A stretch of 42,648 nt of DNA from Phoronis australis. Its lineage: Eukaryota > Animalia > Phoronida. The stretch spans positions 6,751 through 49,398 of the forward strand of contig NMRA01001090.1 in the NCBI GenBank assembly GCA_002633005.1, read 5' to 3'. A model generated the notes under the pieces. The model had not been told where the DNA came from. It did not search any database and saw nothing but the letters and a program-made list of their open reading frames with translations. Below, in pieces: positions 13,227-21,927 of this stretch; positions within the stretch are counted from its first letter, which is position 1; every line of letters begins with the position of its first letter. Made by a program: the position numbers and the translations under genes.

Positions 13227-13421
13227 ATGTCTCATTTTTCTTTCGTGGCCCTCTCTGGAACCATTGCGTTGCTCTTCGAAGTATCCCGTATCTCAGCGGT
13301 CGTGGTGATTAGGCCAAAAGGTCTCAATGGGACAATTTCAGTATCACCAGGAACCAAACTTGTGCTTAAATGCATTGTTAAACACTCGCATCTTGACAAG
13401 AACGTGTCTTCAATGAGAAAG
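13227..13421 (+). CDS. Gene B exon 1: signal peptide + N-half of V-type Ig
   Basis: MSHFSFVALSGTIALLFEVSRISAVVVIRPKGLNGTISVSPGTKLVLKC...MRK; ends AAG|gcatgt (phase 0), matching the paralogous exons that end AAG|gtttgt and GAG|gtttgt. Confidence 0.7.
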
Positions 13422-16400
13422 GCATGTGGAGTTTTAATAGGCTTATTTTAATGTAACGGAATTATGTACTATAGTTTCTTCACGAAAACAACAACGGTTT
13501 TAAAACTTGACATGTTTCGGTGTCATTTATTAAACACCATCCTCAGAAGTCATAATACAGTGGCCACCTAGCTAGGCCCAGCAACAAGTAATGAAGCACA
13601 GATAGAGTCAGTTACAGGGAGTGACAATGAACTACACCAACAATGACAACCTGTGGTGTGTCAGTTGCCTATTGAGATTGGGCTTGCACCAACTGATATG
13701 TAAAGCCTCACGAATTTTAAGCTCCTTTGTTGTTACTGCCTGGTACTATAGTTTCTGTTGTTTGTGATTTATGAGGTAATATTTGCTGAGAACTGGCACG
13801 TTTATTCTTGCAACACTAATGACACATGGTGACAGGTAAGTGCTTATCGATGCTTCATGAGTAAGAGGTAATGTCCCCCAAGTTTGTGGCATCAGACACG
13901 AGGTAAGCTTAAACCCATCCCGTACGCAAGTCGTCTTGATGATGTGTAACTTTTTCCCAGTAACTGGAGATCTTTGCGTAATTAAAAAATAAAATAGCCG
14001 GGCTGCAGCGACTGTTGGCCCAGCCGCCATAGAGACAAACCTACTAATCGAAGTCGTTTGTTCATAAGGTCAGGATGCGCGAATCTTCTAGATTACGTGT
14101 AAGTAAAATAACTAAAACGTTTATTTTAAATCGGTGTGGGTAGACACAACTGAAGAAACTTTAGCACGGGTGCTAACTACAGATAAAAAATAAACGTGTA
14201 TAGAATTGTTTACATTGAGTTATAAGAACATATACAGAAAGAATTGGTGTTTATCGTTCGCATTGCTCACAAGATGTCGCATTGGTCTGAAGAAGTACCT
14301 CTGTCACAGATACTCCGCTTTATTTTCCCTTAGGTTCACTGGCACTTTAAACCAGTCGGTAGTGAGCAGTGGATTGAAGTTTCCTCTGAAACGGAGCAGG
14401 GTTCCGGTTTCAAATACATTCTTGTGGAAACCAACAACGAGAAGACGTGTAGTATTTCAAAGATGAATGTGACTGCTGAAGACGCAGGAGTTTACAAATG
14501 TTTTGTACAAAGTCGATCGGGCGAAAAGGATACGGCTCGGGTCAGAATAACTGTGCAAGGTGAATTTACGATATTTTTAAAATGAAAAATTTTCTGAAGT
14601 GGCACACGTACTGTATCTTCGATTGGTTGATCGGTTCCGAAAATTTGCTTCCAACACGTGCAAGTTGTATACTTTGGTAGAATTCCAAAAATTTCTTTCT
14701 CAAACTTGCAGCAAGGATCAAGCCACGTGTTGTCAAATACCCCACAAGCATGCATGTTCCCAACCAAGACAATTTGCCTAACATGACCACGCCCGATATC
14801 AGCCGGCATAATGGTAAGCCTTGCACTTTCACAGTGTACCTTTGCACGTACTCTAATGACTCGTTGCTGAAGCACAGACTAGTCTTTGCGTTGTTATAGA
14901 AATTAGATGTGTAACACAATTTGGTCATTTAGTCATGACGTTGTTCGCATGTTGTTCTCAAATAATTTCTTCACTGCTGTAATTTTACAGGATTCATGGT
15001 TTCTCTGGCGGCTGCGAAGAACTCGCTTCGTGTGACTGAAGACACCTCCATACTTCTCACGTGCACAGTTGTGAATATCTCCGAGAGTATAACGGACATA
15101 ACTTGGCGAAGGACACTAATGAAGAAAACTGCCCCGTTTGAGATATTTCATTTCGAATTATCCTCTGGTAATTGGAGTATCCCAGAAATTGATAGTGTTC
15201 CCACGCTAAATTTCACTCACGACTTCAGGAAAGAAGCGTCTAACATAACAATGACACTCTCAATAAGTAACTTTACTTCGTGTGATCATGCAGAGTACAG
15301 CTGTGAAGTTCACGGTGTGTCTACAGTAGCCGGAGATTCTATACTGATTAAAATTGACAGTAAGTATCCAGTGTGTCGCCCAGTGTGTCGCCCAGTGTGT
15401 CGCCCAGTGTGTCGCCCAGTGTGTCTTGATACTTTTAGTGTTCCCAACACGGCTCTTTCGGTTGAAAGATTAAATGTACATTTGTACTAACATCATGATG
15501 CCTTATTTCCCAAAGACTTTCATTTACAGGACGTTGAAATTTTGATTTCGGTTTGATGAAACCTTTTATCTATATTGTCAGTTGTAGCTCAAAACTGCTG
15601 TTACCTAGCTGTTGTGGCTGCAACTGCTGCAGCTGCTGCTACTGCTTCTGGAGATGGTGCTTCTACTGATGGTGCTTTTGTTGCTTCTACTGATGCTGCT
15701 GTTGCTGCTGCTGTTGCTGCTGATGATGCTACTGTTGCTACTGCTTCTGCTTCTGGTGACGGTGCTTCCGCTGATGGTGGTTCTGCTGCTGCAGCCGCTG
15801 CTGCTTGTCCTGTTGCCGCTGCCATCCCTTCTATCGCCACTGTTGCTGCTGTAACTGCTGTTGGTACTGATCCCTGTAACTGTTGCTGTTACTGATCCCT
15901 GTACTAGTCAGGAGACACCTATGTATTCTTTAAAACAATCCTTGCTTATAGCTTGTACTGGCTCAAAAACATGGATGTCCTGTCCCCGCTGCTTTTCCTG
16001 TTGCTGTTTCTGCTGTTGCTGCAGCCGCCACCGCCACTGCTACTGTTGCTGATTTTCGTGAGATACCTTGGTATTTTTATAACAATCCTTTGTTACAGCT
16101 CCTAGTGGCCCAGAAAACATGGATGTCACTCCAACCACCATTGACTGGTCATTAACTGAAGAGGCTCTTCTCACCTGCCAAATGGACAAAGTCAGGCCAG
16201 TGCCAGAAGTCACTTGGATATGGAGGGAAAATCTGACTTCAAAGTGGGAAGAGATAAAGAAAACTTTAGGCTACATCCATGTTCATCCGATGACGTATGA
16301 TTATCACAGAGATTCGTGTACATTTTTGGTGAAACGCGAACTAACCCTAGGGCGAAAACTCAAGGATGGTGGAAACTTCACATTTTCATGCAGAGTTTCC

Positions 16401-19400
16401 GGGGATCCACTTTTTGAGCCTGTGGAAAGTCCAACGTCAGCTGAGATAATGTTTGAAAAAGGTTTGGTTGAGATACTGTCTCTGTGTTTGTTAGCGCTAA
16501 GTTGAATTCGTGGGTTCCATTTCTTTTATGCCATTTTCTTTGGTAGACCTGCTGTAGAATCCATTACCTTGGTCTTCAACAACCAGAGCATCTAACTGTT
16601 ATTCGGTCCACTGTTCAAGCTAGGAGCCACAGCCGTTCTAATCCTCATTACACGTTGTTATCGACTACGGTTGATGAAGCAACGTTCCTAACCTAAACAG
16701 CATAATATATCTAACGTCATTTTCATTGATGCTTGACAATTTCAGATACTAGCGATCCATGCAGTGACTTCACTTGTTTCAACGGTGGAACTTGTCATCA
16801 AAATGGAAGCGAAGCGTTTTGTCGATGTGTCTACGGATTTTCAGGAAAACGCTGCAAGAAAAGTTGAGAATTCGCTTGTTGATAAATTTTAATGCAATAG
16901 CCACCATTCCATTTTTTTAACTCATTTCCCGTTTTCTTCAATTACTCACCTTCCTTTATTATCTTATGTAGCCTCCTGTGTGTACTTAAAGTAGCGAAAT
17001 TCATTGCAAAACGTACATTCTGGGATGTTCGTGCTTGACCTTGCCAAGCTCTCAAGATATTAGCTCAACTGCTTGCATCCTGAAAATTCTAAACTATAAT
17101 AATAGCACCGTGCTTTTCATCCATTCAAATGATATCGAGAGACACAATATAATCAACCTACAAAAACACAAGAGATGCGGGTACTTAGATGTAATTGTAT
17201 ATGTACTCGTTGCGAATGGTTTATTACGACGTGTTCCAGAGGTTAGAACATGCGAGTCCAAACCGTGTGCGAATCAGGCTGAATGTATTGATACAGACCA
17301 GGGCTTCTCATGCCGTTGTAAAACTGGATATGTTGGAAAGCTCTGTCGACGGAAGAAAGGTAAGTTGAAAAATAGGCAAGTGGCTTGGTACCTTCTGCGG
17401 TCAACCAGGCGTGCTTAAGCCACACAATTGGACCCACTGCGTTAAAGGTAAGTTGGATGAGGCTCTTTGCCTCGTGATGTAATGGTATTTCAATTCACTG
17501 AAATGAGCATACAAAGTCCTCTGTTCTCACGTATTGTAAAGAATTTGAAAAAATGTGAATGACACGTGATACGATGCTTGTACTCGTTTGTCTTGTATAT
17601 ACAACTAAAAGAACAAATTTGAACGGCCATGATGTTCTGTCACAGCAATAACGAATAACACCAACGTGATACCTGGCAGTCGGGAAGAGGTTCTAATCGA
17701 TATGCTCCAGCAACCAGTGTTTATCCTATCTGCAGTTCTGTTGGTATTACTGATACCTGTTCTAGTGTTGCTGATGTGGCTGATAGTTCGATGTCACTAC
17801 AGACGGTAGGTACATACACGTACGTTGTTGACTTGGTGAAACAGCATTACAGGGAGTCCTTTCCCTAAATACATGTTGTTTGTTTTGAATTAACATTCAG
17901 TTACAGCTCAAATGGATTTCAACTACATGCAGCTTTGTTGAATTATGTTTAATCGTCGTAAACAACCTGCCAACACTGGGCGAGATTTTCCTGCAACAAC
18001 TTGGGAACGGTCTTAAAGTGACGTCAACAACATGTAAGATGTTGGCATCTCTCTTTTTTAGAAATTTGGAAACAGCAATGCGGCACATCAACCACGAAGG
18101 TCAGTTTTCCTACAACTTACCATATTTGTGTGATGGAAGGCGTTTTGAAAATCTTTGTAGTAACAATGAACTGAATGTAACCTGTTCATGCATGGGTATG
18201 CCTGTGGTGTATTTTAGCAGTTGAAGAGCATTTTAAACTTAAACTAGCTTGAAAAAATAATTGACATTTGGAACTGTACAAAAGCTATAATGAAGGCAGT
18301 AGAGGCGTCCGTCGCCAGACACCGGACACTGTTTTATTGTGTGCGCTGGACAACGACTTTCGCCAATATATTGTTATGTGTTATTCGTACGGTTCTATAG
18401 TTTGAGTCCTTTTGGTTCCGTGTTTTCTTGATCCAAGTTCGTCTATGCAATGGGTTCTTTTAACGACAATGCATTGTTCAGTTTACTAGCGTGTTGATAG
18501 CAACATTGGTGCGACTAGACCTTCGAAGCAGAGGGAGCTCACAAAAAGTGAGAATGTTCCTTTCACGGAAAATTATATCATTTCTAAGTTGTACGCAACA
18601 CTTATATATAACGCTGTCTTTTCTCCTTACTTTATGTTTCTACGGTCTCCCAAAAATTAACTCACTCTTCAAATGACAATACGTGCGTTGTTTTTGACAA
18701 AAATATTACTGCCTTAAATTAGTAAAATAGTCATAACGGGGCACTACTGTTAATTATCTTGAGGAAAAAATAATTGTCTTTACACTTCCTTGACTCTGTT
18801 GGTTTTCCAGAAGCAAGTCTGTTTGCCATTCCTGTGTATACTGCAAACGCGATGACACGTGCACCAACATTCGCAGCAGTAGGCGCAGTTGCAGTGTCTG
18901 ATCCTTAAAACTGAATTTGAACCCCCGGCATTGCGCTGAGGTGCAAGTGCATTTTCAGCGACACCCGACATATGTTTATTTTTATTGTCCATCAACGTAC
19001 GTGATTGAGTGTTATATAATTTCTTTTCTTGCTTTTTGTAACGATACCCTGCCAGCAATATAGGCAGTTGTGTGGGTGTTTCTTGTTTTGTCTGTTTCAC
19101 TAATGATGGGAATGTGTTAATGCTAAAGGTGGCTCTTGGAGATTTTTAACATGTTTTCACTAAGTCTCGTGTAATGTCATTTTACTTCTATCATTACACT
19201 GTCTCTATTTTACACGTCAAATGTGATATTCAAATCTCCCTGCCTCTCCTGCTCTCTCCCGCCACCTTTCCCCCGTTCCCTGTGTCACTCCCCCTCACTT
19301 CCCTCGCCGCCCCCCCCCCATATTTCTTGTAAACTTAGGTTTATGTCCAGCTTGTTAAGCAAACATACACTGTGGAACTGCGCAGGTTCCGTGCCATAAG

Positions 19401-20330
19401 TCTCTCAGGCTGTGGAGTTACTTCACAAGTATGCATGGAGGACACACGTTCCCTACACATGCAAGACACCGCATTTTACGACCACTGCTGTCCGATCTCC
19501 CCCGTCCTGATCTGCGTTCATGCAATTCAGTGGGGATTCCCAACAGCCTTCAAACCCGATGGTACGTCTACTCAGCAGGTTGTGGGTGAAACCCAGTTAA
19601 TCTTCAAACGTTACAAGAGTTCACTGATTTTGATAGCCTTTGTTGTTGAGTCTTTTGGCGTATGTAGACGTGATAACAGTCTCCCCATTTATGATTTAGA
19701 ATGACATTTCTCTACGATGCTCACAAAATTGCCATGTTGGCCAGCAGATAACAAATCCCCACGGCGAGGACGTCTCACCAACTTCACTGCTCTGTTTTTA
19801 CGTTAATAATGCCTCACGATTCTGGTCATAGGGCAAACAGATTTGACTCCCTCATGTAGCTTACTTGTAGCTCTGTCGTTGCTCATCGTCGATGTTCCTT
19901 CACCTGACGCTACAATAAGTCAGTCTGTTGTTGTAAAGGACAACGTGTAGCGCCATATATTGAGCACTTTTAAACAAACCAGTTCGTCATGCATATGAAC
20001 ACGATAGTAAGTCTAATAAAAGACATTTTTCCAGATTTAAGAGTGATCACCCAACTGACACAACTGCAAACGAAACCGTCTAGACTACAGTTGACAAGCA
20101 ACCCCAGAGTTAACAACGTAAAATTTCAAGAGAGGGCGCCATTACTTGAATGTGGAGAGAATGACATACAGAGTGTTGAGAAACGAGGGAAATTTGATTA
20201 CAATGGCATTGATAGTGCACAAAAGAAAAGTGGGTCTGCGAAGATGACACAATCTCAGGATCAGAGTGAGAGGGTTGAACTTTTGCCTCGCAGAATTCTG
20301 ACGAAAAAAGCCGTCAAAGCAGAAAGCTAG
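13227..20330 (+). CDS. Gene B: Ig(V,V,C2-like)-EGFx2 single-pass membrane protein (~630 aa model)
   Basis: Exons 13227-13421 (signal peptide + first half of V, GC donor), 14334-14559, 14991-15359, 16099-16461, 16746-16862, 17240-17359, 17646-17805 (TM), 18501-18547 (micro-exon), 20035-20330. Phases are consistent throughout. Confidence 0.8.
13504..13551 (-). ncRNA. Minimal type-I hammerhead ribozyme motif (Penelope-like-element type)
   Basis: Minus strand reads gactt CTGAGGA t ggtgt ttaataaatg acacc GAAA catg TC aagtt. It has the CUGAnGA and GAAA core, stem II ggtgt/acacc, stem I actt/aagt and a palindromic minimal stem III ACAUGU. Confidence 0.7.
14334..14559 (+). CDS. Gene B exon 2: C-half of V-type Ig
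   Basis: VHWHFKPVGSEQWIEV...NVTAEDAGVYKCFVQSRSGEKDTARVRITVQ; DAGxYxC motif; missed by the ORF track. Confidence 0.88.
14991..15359 (+). CDS. Gene B exon 3: second Ig (V-like)
   Basis: LLTC...ITWRR...LSISNFTSCDHAEYSC; ttacag acceptor, gtaagt donor. Confidence 0.9.
15368..15424. repeat. 12-bp tandem repeat (ccagtgtgtcgc) ~4.8 copies, intronic
   Basis: Directly after the exon 3 donor; explains the PVCR repeats in the ORF track. Confidence 0.9.
15595..16051. repeat. Degenerate (GCT/GTT)n trinucleotide tract in gene B intron 3
   Basis: Low-complexity gct/gtt/gat triplets that produce poly-Ala/Leu/Cys pseudo-ORFs. Confidence 0.8.
16099..16461 (+). CDS. Gene B exon 4: third Ig (C2-like), 363 nt
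   Basis: LLTCQMDKVRPVPEVTWIW...DSCTF...FTFSCRV; same 363-nt length as gene C exons 37767-38129 and 28353-28715. Confidence 0.9.
16746..16862 (+). CDS. Gene B EGF exon (117 nt)
   Basis: DTSDPCSDFTCFNGGTCHQNGSEAFCRCVYGFSGKRCKK. Confidence 0.88.
17240..17359 (+). CDS. Gene B EGF exon (120 nt)
   Basis: VRTCESKPCANQAECIDTDQGFSCRCKTGYVGKLCRRKK; donor gtaagt. Confidence 0.9.
17646..17805 (+). CDS. Gene B transmembrane exon
   Basis: ...QQPVFILSAVLLVLLIPVLVLLMWLIVRCHYRR; phase 1 to 2. Confidence 0.85.
18501..18547 (+). CDS. Gene B juxtamembrane micro-exon (47 nt)
   Basis: gatag|c aac att...aca aaa a|gtgaga; the phase 2-to-1 bridge required by the flanking exons. Confidence 0.6.
19370..19740 (+). 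mobile_element. Decayed Ty3/Gypsy-like retrotransposon protease-region fragment
   Basis: AFKPDGTSTQQVVGETQLIFKRYKSSLILIAFVVE, then after a frameshift VDVITVSPFMI*NDISLR. Resembles from memory the QADG..VVGET..LVVE.LDVD.LAG.PFM..NDI pattern of invertebrate Gypsy pol; not database-verified. Confidence 0.5.
20035..20330 (+). CDS. Gene B last exon: cytoplasmic tail
   Basis: tttttccag acceptor, phase 1; contains QERAPLL, FDYNGI and ERVELL. Confidence 0.75.
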
Positions 20331-20831
20331 CGATTCACTTCGCGGAGAAATTCTGAGGAACATGATCGCACCGGAAAACCTTAATAATACTTTAAAGTAG
20401 CGCAAAACGCAAATCAGATGAAGTCATTGATCTTATTTTCTATGCTACGAATAGTACTGCACTCTTATTGAGAATCGAATGAATTGAGAAATTTATATTA
20501 AACACCTCTTCATAAATTTTACACTTGTATTCCAAAGTTTTTTTTCACTGGGATTCTGTCCATTTAACCGTAAACGGACTTAAATAGACGTTTACGACAC
20601 CAAAATAATTTTTTTACATGTACACTGTACACACGTAAGCTATTTTAAGTAAATTTCAGACCAATATTTGTGAAAATGGCACACAATTGGGTGACCGCAG
20701 TTAACCTGTTTTCGTTTTAAAAACATGGAAATTCTTGAGGCGTAATTAAGCTAACTCCCAAAACGAGGTCATCGCGTTCTCATCTTGTGTTTGAATTTAA
20801 CTGGTTACAATACAGTGCGTGCCTGCAATCC

Positions 20832-20997
20832 CCCATACTGCCCTGTCGGCCATGCTGCATTGGCAGCCATACTGCCCTGGCGGCCATACTGCATTGGCAG
20901 CCATACTGCCCTGGCGGCCACATTGCCCTAGCAGACACATTGCCCTGGCGGCCATACTGCCCTGGCCACACGGCCCCGGCGGCCATACTGCCTTGGT
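20832..20997. repeat. GC-rich minisatellite (~18-nt ggcggccatactgccct variants)
   Basis: About 8-9 degenerate units between the stop codons of genes B and C. Confidence 0.85.
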
Positions 20998-21328
20998 CAC
21001 TGAAATCGACCCTCCGTTAGATGCAACGTCTGGTGTGAAGCAATAATGACATATCAGTTCTTTTCGAGTCCAGAAGAAGGGGGGCCGATTTTGTAACAAT
21101 GAGTAGCCTAAATCAAAAGTTGGTCTTCGGCAGAAAGCGCGGATTAATTATCCCTTCAACTTCAACTAACAATCTCAAAGAGCACCGAACCCAAGTTAGT
21201 TAATAATCTCAATCGTTTCATGTTCAAAAAGATTCGTGTTTAAGAAGGATTACTTCCGAAACGCACATTTTCAAAATCCACAAAGACTGTTCACTATCTG
21301 TCTTCAATAACTATCCTCATCATTTTCT

Positions 21329-21927
21329 TTAACGGGTTATTTGCGCTCTCTTTGCAAAGCTACGAGCCTGCCCAGACCTGTTTGGTATTGTAACAGCGTG
21401 TGTGTTCTTAGTAGCCTCGTTATCAAACGTCCTTCTTTTCATGTGCTTCATTTGTCTTAAAAACTTTTTATGCTGCGCCGCGCAAAATGCCTCATACCCT
21501 TCCTTTGTGCGTCGAGCTAAGATAACCCTCCCCTGTCTGTGGCCATGCCGCTGATGGGGTTTTAAGTGCCTTCTAGTTCTGCTGGAGTTGTTCCGTGTTG
21601 CAGATTCATTCTTGTTCATAAAGTCGTCACTCTCAACTTCTTCACCTTCTCCTTCGTCTTCTCCTTCATATTCTTGTTCCCTTGCGTTCTCATAATTTAT
21701 TTCTTCGTCCTCTATTTCTTCTTCACCGCCTCCATTGCCGTCTTCTTCTTTCTCATCATCTTCTTCCCAACGATCCAACACTTCACCTTCCTCGTCATCT
21801 AATAAGCCTTTGCTTACACGACCGCCTAGTAGGGAAGCTCTTTCCTCACCCGAATATGTGCTTCGAACAGTGCTCGGTCGGTAACGACCATTATATGGCT
21901 TGTCCACTATGGTAAGCCGCCTGACGT
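21329..21927 (-). CDS. Gene C last exon: acidic-then-basic cytoplasmic tail
   Basis: gttgtttcag acceptor, phase 1; KPYNGRY, EERASLL, a long D/E tract, then an R/K/H-rich C-terminus. Confidence 0.82.

Noticed and set aside
15575-16052. Poly-Ala/poly-Leu/poly-Cys ORFs (antifreeze-like or mucin-like)
   Set aside because: They arise from an intronic GCT-type trinucleotide tract. The flanking Ig exons join in frame without them, as in the paralogues.
20780-21099. Repetitive ORFs in several frames / CRISPR-like array
   Set aside because: A minisatellite with no unique spacers, in a eukaryotic context with no cas genes.
7055-21915. Plus-strand Ser-rich and Phe-rich ORFs at 7055-7297 and 21566-21915
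   Set aside because: Antisense shadows of the Glu/Asp-rich tail exons.
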